Counted from the first letter of the stretch, positions 53,389 to 63,208 are shown. The stretch: 64,000 bases of DNA from Thermoplasmata archaeon (GCA_049285595.1 JBAQAF010000049.1:12538-76537), one strand, 5' to 3'. Notes: generated from the letters alone by a model not told the origin. Program-made: numbers and translations.

Positions 53389-53550
53389 ATGCCCGAAAAC
53401 CGCCGCTCCGGCTTCTCCAGCGCCGCGGGGCTCATCCAGTACTACGACATGGAGGAGACCAAGTCGCTCAAGCTCAATCCGCTGTTCGTGATGAGCATCG
53501 GCGTCGTCGCCGCTGTGCTCGTCGAGATCCTGAACTGGCGGATCGGGTAG
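53389..53550 (+). CDS. Preprotein translocase subunit Sec61-beta (archaeal SecG)
   Basis: At 53 aa it is below the track cut-off. Manual translation gives MPENRRSGFSSAAGLIQYYDMEETKSLKLNPLFVMSIGVVAAVLVEILNWRIG with a TAG at 53548-53550. This is the typical Sec61-beta pattern (SSAGL.RY.D plus a C-terminal TM). Confidence 0.7.
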   Translation: MPENRRSGFSSAAGLIQYYDMEETKSLKLNPLFVMSIGVVAAVLVEILNWRIG

Positions 53551-53551
53551 A

Positions 53552-54538
53552 CTAGGCCGCCATCGGCAGGGCCGTCGCCCCGAGGGGGATCGGCGAAGGT
53601 TCCCGACCGGGCAAGTATCTTCCCCTCTCGCTTCGTCCCAGCAACACGACCTTGGACTCCGGGGATTCGTCGAGCACGCGGTAGCCGGTTCGTGCGGCGA
53701 GGCGCTGCGCGAACACCGCGATCTCCGAGTGCTCGGGCACGTGGTCACGGCCGAGCCGCTGGCGCGAACGGCCCATGAAGACGTACCCCTTCGGCTCGAT
53801 GAAATCCGGCCGGGCGAGCGAATCGAGCTCGGCGTACGCCTCCGTCCATCCGAGGTTCCAACCGCGGACGAGGGTGTGCCGGACGACGCGGCGGGTCTTC
53901 AGGTCCTGGACGATGGCGAGCGATTCGCGCAGTCGGGACCAGGCACCGTCGTCGGTCGGGAGCGTGAGGCGGCGGAAGATCTCCGCGTTCGGCGCCGTCA
54001 CGGAGACGTAGAGCTGCGTGGGAAGAGGGTCGAGCGCGCGCAGGCCGTCCGGGTTCGTTCCGTTCGTGACGAGGAACGTCGTGATCCCCCGCTCCTGGCA
54101 GAGCTCGAGGAACCGGTTCATCTTGGGATAGAGCGTCGGCTCGCCCGTCAGGGAGATCGCGATGTGCCGGGGGGACTGGGACTCCTCCCAGCGGTCGATC
54201 TCCACCTGCGGGTCGCCCTTGAACCCAGAGAGGATGCGGCGCTGGGCGTCGATCGACCGGTCAAGAAGCATCTCGGGATCGTCGTACTCGGGCATCACGC
54301 CGTCGTTCTCCCACCCCTGGCTCCGCCAGCAGAATCGGCAGTGCAGATTGCACGAGTCGATCGCCGGGGACATCTGCAGGCACCGGTGGCTCTCGATGCC
54401 GTAGAAGCGGCCCTTGTAGCAGTCCCGCCCTTTCGTGAGGGATTCGCGCGTCCAGTAGCAGAGCTTGACCGCGCTGTGGCGCCCCGTGAGCTGGTATCCC
54501 TGGCCCGCGAGATCGCTCGAGAGGTCCTGGTCGCCCAT
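53552..54538 (-). CDS. taw1: tRNA 4-demethylwyosine synthase Taw1 (radical SAM, TYW1 homologue)
   Basis: GYQLTGRHSAVKLCYWTRESL...CYKGRFYGIESHRCLQMSP and the radical-SAM CNLHCRFCW motif are present. The start at MGDQDL (54538) is preferred over the upstream Arg-rich extension. Confidence 0.85.
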   Translation of the reverse strand: MGDQDLSSDLAGQGYQLTGRHSAVKLCYWTRESLTKGRDCYKGRFYGIESHRCLQMSPAIDSCNLHCRFCWRSQGWENDGVMPEYDDPEMLLDRSIDAQRRILSGFKGDPQVEIDRWEESQSPRHIAISLTGEPTLYPKMNRFLELCQERGITTFLVTNGTNPDGLRALDPLPTQLYVSVTAPNAEIFRRLTLPTDDGAWSRLRESLAIVQDLKTRRVVRHTLVRGWNLGWTEAYAELDSLARPDFIEPKGYVFMGRSRQRLGRDHVPEHSEIAVFAQRLAARTGYRVLDESPESKVVLLGRSERGRYLPGREPSPIPLGATALPMAA

Positions 54539-54620
54539 CTGCGATTGGCTCGACCGCCCGTCGGGCCATAATGCTTTGGAAGGCGCACGTCTCGGACGCC
54601 GCTCCGGGAGCGCTCGCGCC

Positions 54621-55859
54621 ATGGATCGGAACATTCGGTGGCTCGGGCTGGGCGGGGTCGTCCGGGCCGGCGGGATGACGCTGGTCGCTCCCTACCTGGT
54701 CCTCTATCTTCGCAACGTCCTACAGATCGGCTACGCGGAGATCGGTCTCCTGACCGCCCTGACCGGCGTGATCCCTCTCCTGGTGGTACCGTTCGCCGGC
54801 TTCGTCACCGACCGGATCGGACGACGCCGTGTCTTCCTCGTCTGCCTCGTGGCGGAAGCGCTCTGCGTGCTCCTCGTCGCCGAGGCGATGAACGTCCGTT
54901 GGCTGCCCGGGCTGCTCGCAGCCGCAACCGCCGTCTACACGGTCGGGACCGTCGCGGGCCCGGCGATCTCGGCGTATGTCGCCGACTTCGCGGAAGGATC
55001 GGAGCGCACGCTCGCGTTCACCTACACGCGGATCGGCTGGAATGTCGGGTTCACCCTGGGCGTTCTCGCGGGCGGGGCGCTGATCGGGCTGATCGGGTTT
55101 CCGGACGTCGGATTCCTCGCCGGGGGCACCCTGCTCGTCGCCACCGCCCTCCTCGCGGCGGTGCTTCGCCCCTCGCCGTACGACCTCGCCCGCGGGGCGG
55201 CTCGGCGGCTCCCCGTGGGCGACCGACCGCCCCGCGCGTCCCTTTCGGCGAGCGCCCGCGTCCTCGGCCGGGACCGGGTCTTCCTCGGCTTGTGCGCGTC
55301 GGTCGGGCTCGCGTGGCTGACGATCGGCCAGTGGGGAACGATCTTCCCGCTGTACGCCAACACCGTGCTGCACATCCCGTACGACCTGATCGGGGTCGGC
55401 CTGGCGATCAACGGACTGCTCGTCGTCTTCACCCAGGCACCGATCACCCGCGCGGGGTTCGGCCATCGCCACACCTCCCTGTTCCTCGCCGGCACCGCCC
55501 TCTACGCGGCGGGGTTCCTTCTCCTCGGCGGGTTCGCCGCGCTCCGGTTCGAGGTGCTGCTCGGCTTCTTCCTCGCCATCGTCGTGCTGACGACCGGCGA
55601 GAACCTCACCTCCATCCCGACGACGACCCTCCCGTCGAACCTGGCGCCCCCGGACGAGATCGGCGCGTACAACGGCGCCTACTTCGCGATCACGGGGGTC
55701 GGCCAGCTGCTCGCCCCGACGCTCGGGGGCCTCGTGCTGGCGTTGACCGCGAATCCGCTGCTCACGTGGGCGATCCTCGTGGGGCCGTCCCTCCCGGCGA
55801 TCCTCTGGCTCGGGGGATTCGTCGCGCCGCGGATCGCACCGCACGCGAACCGGGCGTAG
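54621..55859 (+). CDS. Major facilitator superfamily transporter
   Basis: The ATG at 54621 (MDRNIRWLGLG) is followed by 12 predicted TM segments and an MFS loop motif, FVTDRIGRRRVFLV. Confidence 0.8.
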   Translation: MDRNIRWLGLGGVVRAGGMTLVAPYLVLYLRNVLQIGYAEIGLLTALTGVIPLLVVPFAGFVTDRIGRRRVFLVCLVAEALCVLLVAEAMNVRWLPGLLAAATAVYTVGTVAGPAISAYVADFAEGSERTLAFTYTRIGWNVGFTLGVLAGGALIGLIGFPDVGFLAGGTLLVATALLAAVLRPSPYDLARGAARRLPVGDRPPRASLSASARVLGRDRVFLGLCASVGLAWLTIGQWGTIFPLYANTVLHIPYDLIGVGLAINGLLVVFTQAPITRAGFGHRHTSLFLAGTALYAAGFLLLGGFAALRFEVLLGFFLAIVVLTTGENLTSIPTTTLPSNLAPPDEIGAYNGAYFAITGVGQLLAPTLGGLVLALTANPLLTWAILVGPSLPAILWLGGFVAPRIAPHANRA

Positions 55860-55871
55860 GACCGAAGAGGC

Positions 55872-56780
55872 CTACGTGAACTCTTCCCGCCCGAAGAGGG
55901 CGAGCCCGGCGATCGCGGTCAGCACGAAGTATCCCGCCATGATGACGAGCCCCTCAAGGTAGGTCGGGTTGTACGTCGTCACCGTGATCGTGGCCCCATG
56001 GAGGCCGTGCATCGTCACGGTCGAGACGTGCGGCGGGAGCGTGGAGAGGAACGGATACCCGATCACCTGGTCCGCGTAGGTGATGATGAACCACGGCTCG
56101 ATCTTGACGAGGTCGGTGACGACCCCCTGGATGATCGAGAAACCGAACAGGAACAGCACGGCCACCACCAGGACGGCGTACAGACTGTTCTTGAAGAGCG
56201 AACTGAAGAGAAACACGGCTCCCAGCAAGGCGAGCAGGTAGAGCAGCGCGATCGCGAACGACTCGATCAACGGGACCGGGAAGGCGTGGCTGGCACCGAG
56301 GTAGTACGCGCCGTTCGCGAGGAGGATCGCAAGGTAGAACACGACCGCGACGAGGGAAGCCGCGAGCGCCGCAAGGAATTTGCCGGCGTAGACGCTCGTC
56401 CGTCGGATAGGGAGTCCCATCAGGAAATAGCCCGTCTTATTCTGGAACTCTCCCGCGATCGCGTCGCCGCCGAAGATGATCCCGGAGAAGATGATCACGA
56501 TCGTCACGCCGCCCGCCCAGGTCGATCCGTAGTACGCGTCCGAGCTCGCTACGAGCCCCATCACCGCGGACGAGGTGTGGAAGTACGCGAGGACGAACGA
56601 TAGGATCGCCCCGATCACCGCGACGATCACCATCATCAGGACGAACCGTCGGGACCGCAGGTAATCCCGGAACTGGTATCGGGACATCAAGAGGGCCTGG
56701 ACCAGCGACCCGGGCACCGTGCCGAGCTTGTTCGGGCGCACCGCCCCGGCACTGAGGTCGGGGGTCGCGGCGGGAGGCAT
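55872..56780 (-). CDS. ABC-2 family transporter permease
   Basis: It is a 302-aa polytopic protein whose start shares 1 nt with the stop of the upstream ABC ATPase. Confidence 0.7.
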   Translation of the reverse strand: MPPAATPDLSAGAVRPNKLGTVPGSLVQALLMSRYQFRDYLRSRRFVLMMVIVAVIGAILSFVLAYFHTSSAVMGLVASSDAYYGSTWAGGVTIVIIFSGIIFGGDAIAGEFQNKTGYFLMGLPIRRTSVYAGKFLAALAASLVAVVFYLAILLANGAYYLGASHAFPVPLIESFAIALLYLLALLGAVFLFSSLFKNSLYAVLVVAVLFLFGFSIIQGVVTDLVKIEPWFIITYADQVIGYPFLSTLPPHVSTVTMHGLHGATITVTTYNPTYLEGLVIMAGYFVLTAIAGLALFGREEFT

Positions 56781-57727
56781 CAGGACTCTCCCGTAGAAAT
56801 CTCGCGCAGGTAGATGTCTTCGAGGGCGCTGCGCGACTCATGGAAGCTCGTGAGGCCGAGGCCGAGCGCGCTGACCTGGGCCAGGACCTTGGCCCGGACC
56901 TCGGGGCCCCCCTGGATCATCAGGGCGAGCCGTCGGTCGTCCAAGCGGGACCAGCCCGCCACGCCGGGAATACCGGCGATCTTGGCCACGGCGACCCCGT
57001 CCTCGACCGGGTTCAGGAACTCCGCGTCGACGGAGGCGGCCCCGCTCGTGAACCGGGCCGTCACGTTCGCGAGCGTGTCGTAGAACAGGAGCTTGCCCCG
57101 GTTCAGGAGCGCGACCTCGTCGCAGACGTCGATGACCTCGCTCAGGATGTGGCTCGAGAAGAAGATCAGGCGTCCGTGGCCCTTCAGGTCCCGGATGATC
57201 GAGCGGACCTCCGCCATCCCCCGGGGGTCGAGCCCCGTGCTCGGCTCGTCGAGCATCACGACCTCAGGGTCCGATAGGAGCGTCGACGCGACGTTGACGC
57301 GCTGCTTCATCCCCTTCGAAAACCGGCCGAACTTCTTGTCGGCCCACTCGGTCATCTTGACCTCGGCGAGGACCTCGTCCGTGCGCGAGCGGATCTCCCG
57401 GCGATCCATCCCCCGCAGGGCGCCGACCAGTTCGAACGCCTCGCGCGGGCTGAGCGAGCCGTAGATCTCGGGAGACTCGATCAAGGCGCCGCAGGAGGCG
57501 AGGGCGGTCTTTCGGTCCTTCTGGACCGATATCCCGTTGATGAACGCCTCGCCCTCGGAGGGGAAGATCAGGTCCGTGAACATCTTGAGGGTGGTCGTCT
57601 TTCCGGCGCCGTTCGGTCCGAGGAACCCGACGCACTTCGCCCCTTCGACCTTCAGGTCGAGGTGGTCGAGCGCGGTGAACGGCCCGAACCGCTTGGTCAA
57701 GCCGCGCGCTTCGAGACTGGGGGTCAA
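56780..57727 (-). CDS. ABC transporter ATP-binding protein
   Basis: Walker A is GPNGAGKTT, the signature is FSKGMKQRV and Walker B is VVMLDEPSTGLD. The start appears to be TTG at 57727. Confidence 0.9.
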   Translation of the reverse strand: MTPSLEARGLTKRFGPFTALDHLDLKVEGAKCVGFLGPNGAGKTTTLKMFTDLIFPSEGEAFINGISVQKDRKTALASCGALIESPEIYGSLSPREAFELVGALRGMDRREIRSRTDEVLAEVKMTEWADKKFGRFSKGMKQRVNVASTLLSDPEVVMLDEPSTGLDPRGMAEVRSIIRDLKGHGRLIFFSSHILSEVIDVCDEVALLNRGKLLFYDTLANVTARFTSGAASVDAEFLNPVEDGVAVAKIAGIPGVAGWSRLDDRRLALMIQGGPEVRAKVLAQVSALGLGLTSFHESRSALEDIYLREISTGES

Positions 57728-57885
57728 GGGGTCAGCGACTCCGGGGTTGGGATACGAGGGGGCCCCGGGAGCTTGAAAAGACTGCGGGCGCCGAGTGAAA
57801 CTCTCGCATTGGGCGGGTGGACACGACCGTAGCCTCGTGCCTTTCTGGTCAAACGAGCCTGCTTCGAGCGTGACCGGGAGGGTCT

Positions 57886-58809
57886 CTAGTGGTCTACGAG
57901 CCGCGGGCGCGTCGCGACGGCGCGGCGGACGGTGGCGAGCGCTGCGCCGAGCTCGGCTCCGTTCAGCTCGAGGCGAGGGGGACGAACTCGCGAGGAGCCC
58001 AGCCCCAGCTCTGCCGCCAGGAGCTTGATCAGCTGGACGAACTTCGGATCGGCGTCCATTCGTAGCAGCGGGAGAAACCAGCGGTACAGGTCGCGGGCCC
58101 CGGCGAGATCCCCGTCTCGCGAGCGATCGAACAGGGCACGGGATTCGAGGGGCAGTGCGTTCGCAAGACCCGCGACCCAGCCGGAGGCTCCCGCCGCGAC
58201 CCCCTCGAGGACCGCATCGTCGATCCCTACCGCGATCTCGATCCGCTCCCCGAGCAGCGCGCGCAGTGCGCTCACGCGCCGTACATCCCCGCTCGACTCC
58301 TTGACCGCCGTCAGGGTCGGATGCTCTTCAACGAGCTCGAGCACCTGGTCCGGCAGAACGTCCGTGCCGTACGCGGGGGGATTGTTGTAGAGCATGCAGG
58401 GCAGTTCGGTCGCGCGAAGGACGGCTCGGAAATGCTCCCCTACCTCGCGTCGATCGCCCCGGTAGATGTACGGAGGGAGCACGAGCAATCCCCGCGCGCC
58501 CGCCCGCGCCGCCGCTCGGGCGTCGTCGACGGCGTCCCCCGTCCGCGCCGAGGCGATGGCGGCGACGATCGGCACGCGGGCGCCGACCGCTCCCACGAGC
58601 GCTTCGATCATCTCTGTCTTCTCGAGCGGGCGCAGCGTACTTCCTTCGCCGAGCGAGCCGCCGACGACCAGAGAGTCCATCTTCGAGTCCACGAGCCAGC
58701 GCGCGTGGACGATCAGCGCCGTCCGGTCCACCTCGTACCGAGCGTCGAGCGGCGTAGTGAGCGCCACGGAGATGCCTCTCCACATCGTGGATGAGGGGAG
58801 GTTCGTCAT
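57886..58809 (-). CDS. Dihydrodipicolinate synthase/N-acetylneuraminate lyase family protein; by context likely 1-pyrroline-4-hydroxy-2-carboxylate deaminase
   Basis: The DHDPS-family pattern is present (GISVALTTPL...VVGGSLGEGSTL...YNNPP...AVKESSGD, with a Schiff-base Lys candidate). It is the last gene of the epimerase/oxidoreductase chain. Confidence 0.75.
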   Translation of the reverse strand: MTNLPSSTMWRGISVALTTPLDARYEVDRTALIVHARWLVDSKMDSLVVGGSLGEGSTLRPLEKTEMIEALVGAVGARVPIVAAIASARTGDAVDDARAAARAGARGLLVLPPYIYRGDRREVGEHFRAVLRATELPCMLYNNPPAYGTDVLPDQVLELVEEHPTLTAVKESSGDVRRVSALRALLGERIEIAVGIDDAVLEGVAAGASGWVAGLANALPLESRALFDRSRDGDLAGARDLYRWFLPLLRMDADPKFVQLIKLLAAELGLGSSRVRPPRLELNGAELGAALATVRRAVATRPRLVDH

Positions 58810-58816
58810 CGGGCCA

Positions 58817-59956
58817 TCACGACGGTAGCGATCCCGCCCCCGAAAGCCTGTCGGGGGTGGGAGCGAACCGGGACGCAGGGATCGCCGTCGGCCGGCCCAG
58901 GAGGAGATCGGCGAGGAGCTTTCCGGTGCCGAGTGACGTCGTCACCCCCAGCCCCTCGTGCCCTGCCGCGATCCAGAGACCGTCCGACTCCGGGAGCCGG
59001 CCGATCCACGGGAGGCGATCCGGAGTCCCCGGGCGCAGCCCGGTGCGGACCTCCAGTCGGGGCAGCTCTAGCAGCGACGGCAGGAACTTCCGAGCGTGGG
59101 CGCAGAGACGCTCCACGATCGTCGGATCGACGGTCAGGTCCGTGCCCGCCCACTCCCTCGACGCTCCGAGCAGGACCGAACCGTCCGTCTGGGGCTGAGC
59201 GTTGAAGGCGACCGTTGACCGGTCGACGTCTCGAACGGCCGTGGAGTAGCCGACCTCCACGACCGCATGTCGAAGGAGGTTCCGGGCCGGCCCCCACCGG
59301 ATCAGGTGCCCCTTTCGCGCAAGTATCGGACACTCCGGCGTCAATGTCGGGGCGTCGACCCCCGTGGCATTCACCACATTCTCGGCTCGAATCTGGCTAC
59401 CGTCCAGGAACTCCACCGCTCCCTCGAGGATCCGGCTCACCGCTCGGTGCGGCTCCACCCGCGCCCCCCGGGCGGCCGAACTCTTCCAGAGGTACCTCGT
59501 CGCGGGCACCGGATCGACGAGGCAGTCTTCTTCCACCAGCAGCGCGCCCGAGAGGTCCGGGCTCAGCGCGGGCTCGAGGGCGTGAAGGGCGTCCCGTTCG
59601 AGTACCTCGCTGGGAGTGTCGCCGGCCCGAAGGGTGAGCTGCTTGCGACCGAGCTCGGCCAACTCCTGCTCGCTCCCGGCGACCCAGAGCGTTCCCACGG
59701 CCCGGAAGCCTACCGAAGGTGGCAGCCTCGGTGCCAGCTCCCGCCAGAGTCGCTGGGAGTACCGCGTGAGCGGCAGCATCGCGGGAGGTTCCTCGAGCGC
59801 CACGATGTGACCCATGCCCGCGCCGGTGGTGCCGGCCCCCGGGGAGATCCGGTCGCACGCGTAGACCCGCAGCCCTGCGTCGGCGGCCCAGTAGGCGCAC
59901 GACGCGCCGACGATCCCGCCGCCCACCACGGCAACGTCGAACTCGACCGCGGTCAC
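58817..59956 (-). CDS. FAD-dependent oxidoreductase (DAO family); by context D-hydroxyproline/D-proline dehydrogenase candidate
   Basis: The GTG at 59956 overlaps the epimerase stop (GTGA). The dinucleotide-binding motif is FDVAVVGGGIVGASCAYWAADAG. Confidence 0.8.
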   Translation of the reverse strand: MTAVEFDVAVVGGGIVGASCAYWAADAGLRVYACDRISPGAGTTGAGMGHIVALEEPPAMLPLTRYSQRLWRELAPRLPPSVGFRAVGTLWVAGSEQELAELGRKQLTLRAGDTPSEVLERDALHALEPALSPDLSGALLVEEDCLVDPVPATRYLWKSSAARGARVEPHRAVSRILEGAVEFLDGSQIRAENVVNATGVDAPTLTPECPILARKGHLIRWGPARNLLRHAVVEVGYSTAVRDVDRSTVAFNAQPQTDGSVLLGASREWAGTDLTVDPTIVERLCAHARKFLPSLLELPRLEVRTGLRPGTPDRLPWIGRLPESDGLWIAAGHEGLGVTTSLGTGKLLADLLLGRPTAIPASRFAPTPDRLSGAGSLPS

Positions 59957-60903
59957 GGGGGGATCCCGCCGACGAACGGGTCCCGCTCGTCGAAGAGGAG
60001 CTCCGATTCGCCCGTGACGAAGGCCCGACCCTGGATCTTCGGGAGAACCCCGCCCGGTGCCGCCTGCACCGTCCCCACGAACACCCCGCCGAGGATCCCT
60101 TCCTGGCGCCAAGGTTCCCCTGCGGCGAGTTTCCCGTCGGCGAACCGGCATGCCATCACGGCGCTGGTCCCGGTGCCGCAGGGGGAGCGGTCGTACGCCC
60201 CTCCAGGACAGAGGACAAAATTCCGCGCGGAGTTGTGCGGGTCGGCGGGCGGGCCCGAGATCTCGATGTGGTCGATGACCGCCCCGTCGTCGCCCGTGAT
60301 CCGCGCCCGATTCAACGCCTCGCGCACCTCCTCAGCGTAGGCGCTGAGCCGTCCCACGTTCTCGACTCGGAGGGAGACGGGCGCGTGGTCGGTCAGGAAG
60401 AACCAGTTTCCGCCCCAAGCGACCGAACCGACCACGGAACGCCCGCTCGGGAGCTCCAGTCGGACGTCGGCCCGCACTCGGCGGCTCACGACGTTCGTCA
60501 CCGTCACTTCCCCCCCTCCGTGCAGCTCCGTCCCGACCGTTCCGGCAGGGGTGTCGATAGGATGGAGACCCGGCGCGATCCGACCGAGGTGGGCGAGCGA
60601 GACGACGAGTCCGATCGTCCCGTGGCCGCACATCGAAAGATAGCCGACATTGTTGAAGAAGATCGCCCCGGCGGTCGACTCGGAACGTTCGGCGGAGCAG
60701 AGCAACGCCCCCACGAGAACGTCGGATCCTCGAGGCTCCGCGAGGACCGACCGCCGGAACGAGTCGTGGTCGGCGCGGAACCGGTCGCGTCGATCGGCCA
60801 AACTGCCGCCCCCGAGCGACGGGCCCCCTCCGAGCACCAGCCGCGTTGGTTCCCCTTCGGTATGGGAATCGACGACCCGAACGCGACGCATCCCGCGCGT
60901 CAT
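59953..60903 (-). CDS. Proline racemase family protein (4-hydroxyproline 2-epimerase/proline racemase, Cys-Cys type)
   Basis: VVDSHTEGEPTR is present. The first catalytic Cys lies in SMCGHGTIG and the second in DRSPCGTGTSA. The ATG at 60903 overlaps the copA stop (ATGA). Confidence 0.85.
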   Translation of the reverse strand: MTRGMRRVRVVDSHTEGEPTRLVLGGGPSLGGGSLADRRDRFRADHDSFRRSVLAEPRGSDVLVGALLCSAERSESTAGAIFFNNVGYLSMCGHGTIGLVVSLAHLGRIAPGLHPIDTPAGTVGTELHGGGEVTVTNVVSRRVRADVRLELPSGRSVVGSVAWGGNWFFLTDHAPVSLRVENVGRLSAYAEEVREALNRARITGDDGAVIDHIEISGPPADPHNSARNFVLCPGGAYDRSPCGTGTSAVMACRFADGKLAAGEPWRQEGILGGVFVGTVQAAPGGVLPKIQGRAFVTGESELLFDERDPFVGGIPP

Positions 60904-63023
60904 ACCGGCGCGCTCCGTGCGGTCCGTCCGGGAGACCGGCCCGCGGAACGCTCCGCCGGGAGGGGCCGGCGCAGCGTCAGCGAGTTGAGGACGACGGTCG
61001 CGGACGACAGACCCATCGCCAGCGCACCGGCGATCGGCAGCCATCGGTAGATCCCGTAGCCGAGCCACGGGACCAGGGCGCCGGCCGCGATCGGCAGCAG
61101 GACCGCGTTGTACCCGAGCGCCCAGACGAGGTTCCACCGGACCCGGGCGACCGTCCGGCGGGCCCAGCCGATCGCGGCCGGAACGACTCGGAAGTCCGGG
61201 CGGACCAGGATCACCTGCCCGGCCTCCCGGGCGACGTCCGTGCCGCTGCCGATCGCGAACCCGGCGTCGGCGCCGGCGAGGGCCGGGGCGTCATTGACGC
61301 CGTCCCCGACGAAGCCGACGTGGTACCCCGCCCGACGGTACCGCTGGACGATCGCGACCTTCTCCGACGGCCCGGCCGAGGCGTACACCTGCTGGATCCC
61401 GAGCTGCTCCGCCACCCGCCGGGCCGCGGGCTCATTGTCCCCGGTCACGATCGCGACGTCGATCCCCCCGGCCCGGAGGGCGGCCACCGCTTCGCGGGCC
61501 CCTGGTACGAGCGCCGCGCCAAACGACACGCCTCCGAGGAGCCTCCCGTCGCGCACGACGATCGACGCGCTTTCGCCTCGAGCGGCAACCGCCCAGGCCC
61601 ATTCCGAGAGGGGGGCGAGGTCCACCCCTTCCCGCTCCGCCGCTCCGAGCGAAAGGATCGCCGCCGTCCCTGCTTCTGATCGGCTCCGGGCCCCGATCCC
61701 CGGGTCGATCGTGGTCTCTTCGAACCGGACCGGCGCGATCCCACGGCTCCCCGCGGAACGTCGAATGGAAAGGCTAAGCGGATGATCCGTCCCCGAGGCG
61801 ACGCCGGCGGCCACGGCGATCAACTCCTCTTCAGGTACCGCCGGTGCGACCGCCCACGAGGCGACGATCGGATCCGCGGACGTCAACGTCCCCGTCTTGT
61901 CGGTCAGCAGAAGGTCGACCCGCGACACTCGTTCGATGGCGTCTCCCCCCTGGAAGAGGATGCCGTCCTCGGCCGCCCGTCCCGTGCCGACCAGGATCGC
62001 GGCCGGAGTGGCCAGTCCAAAGGCGCACGGACACGCCGTGATCGTCACCGTCACGAAGACGAGCAAGATGACGGTGAGATCGGCCCCCGCGAACGTTCGC
62101 CAGAAGATGGCCGCGGCGATCGCCAGCACAAGGACGGCCGGGACGAATCCAGCGGCGATGCGATCCGCGGTCCGTTGGATCGGAACGCGGGACATCTCGG
62201 CCTCGCCGAGGAGCGCCCCGATCTGGGCGACGAACGTCTCCGCACCGGTCCGGACGACCTCGATCTCCACGGCCCCCTCGCCGTTGACCGAACCACCGAG
62301 GACGGTCGCCCCCGAAGTTTTTTCCACGGCTCCGGGCTCTCCCGTCAGGATCGCTTCCACGACGCTGGTGCGGCCCGCCCGGATCGTCCCATCGGCCGGG
62401 AATCGCTGCCCGGGAGCGACCCGCACCCGGTCGCCGACGATCAGCTCCCCGACCGGCACGCTCCGCTCGACCCCGTCCTGGACCACGACCGCTTCCGTCG
62501 GGAGCAGTTCGCCGAGCCGCCGTAACGCAGAACCGGCCCGCAGCCGAGTGAGATGCTCGAGGTAGCTGCCCGTCAGGATCAGAGTGACGATCATCGCGGA
62601 AGCATCGAAGAAGTAGACCGGCGGGAGGCGTCCTGGTAGGAGGAGCGCCGCGAGGCTGTAGCCGAACGCCGCCGAGGTGCCGATCGCGATCAGCACGTCC
62701 ATGTTGCCGATCCGCTGCCGGACCGCATCTCGGGCGCCGAGATAGAATGGGTAGCCGGCGTATCCCTGAACGACCGCACCGAGCACAGCCGAGATCACGG
62801 CCGAGTCGCGCGACGCGACGGCATAGGTGAGCACGAGGATCGCGACGGAGAACGGCCACGCGACCGCGAGGCGACGGGCGAGTCGGCGCGCCTCCCGCGC
62901 GGGGTCGGCGAACCGATCGCGGCATTCGGAGGCGCAAAAGTAGTAGACCCGGTTCTCCCGGGCGAGTTGCAGCGAATCGGGTCGTTCCTCGACGAACATC
63001 CCGCAGACGGGGTCGGTCGCCAT
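60900..63023 (-). CDS. copA: Copper-translocating P1B-type ATPase with N-terminal TRASH/YHS-type metal-binding domain
   Basis: The true start is MATDPVCGMFV at 63023. Present are the TM CPC motif (ITACPCAFGLATP), the phosphorylation site LLTDKTGTLT, and TGEP, VGDGVNDAP and HP-like motifs. The upstream 81 aa of track ORF 60900..63266 are artefact. Confidence 0.9.
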   Translation of the reverse strand: MATDPVCGMFVEERPDSLQLARENRVYYFCASECRDRFADPAREARRLARRLAVAWPFSVAILVLTYAVASRDSAVISAVLGAVVQGYAGYPFYLGARDAVRQRIGNMDVLIAIGTSAAFGYSLAALLLPGRLPPVYFFDASAMIVTLILTGSYLEHLTRLRAGSALRRLGELLPTEAVVVQDGVERSVPVGELIVGDRVRVAPGQRFPADGTIRAGRTSVVEAILTGEPGAVEKTSGATVLGGSVNGEGAVEIEVVRTGAETFVAQIGALLGEAEMSRVPIQRTADRIAAGFVPAVLVLAIAAAIFWRTFAGADLTVILLVFVTVTITACPCAFGLATPAAILVGTGRAAEDGILFQGGDAIERVSRVDLLLTDKTGTLTSADPIVASWAVAPAVPEEELIAVAAGVASGTDHPLSLSIRRSAGSRGIAPVRFEETTIDPGIGARSRSEAGTAAILSLGAAEREGVDLAPLSEWAWAVAARGESASIVVRDGRLLGGVSFGAALVPGAREAVAALRAGGIDVAIVTGDNEPAARRVAEQLGIQQVYASAGPSEKVAIVQRYRRAGYHVGFVGDGVNDAPALAGADAGFAIGSGTDVAREAGQVILVRPDFRVVPAAIGWARRTVARVRWNLVWALGYNAVLLPIAAGALVPWLGYGIYRWLPIAGALAMGLSSATVVLNSLTLRRPLPAERSAGRSPGRTARSAPV

Positions 63024-63064
63024 GGTACCCCGCGCCCGGGACCGCCTACGGTGGGACCCGGGGT

Positions 63065-63208
63065 CTACCGCGCCGGGGGATGCGTGCGTTCGTACGTCTT
63101 CTGGCAGGCGGCGGCGCAGAAGTAGACGGTCTCCCCGCCGTAGACTCCGCGCGCCGGGGCCCGTTCGGTGTCGACGGTCATTCCGCAGACGGGATCCTTC
63201 GCTTTCAT
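63065..63208 (-). CDS. Small TRASH/YHS-domain metal-binding protein (47 aa), candidate copper chaperone
   Basis: It is below the track cut-off. Manual translation gives MKAKDPVCGMTVDTERAPARGVYGGETVYFCAAACQKTYERTHPPAR with the stop at 63065-63067. It carries the same CGM...FC..C motif as the CopA N-terminus. Confidence 0.6.
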   Translation of the reverse strand: MKAKDPVCGMTVDTERAPARGVYGGETVYFCAAACQKTYERTHPPAR

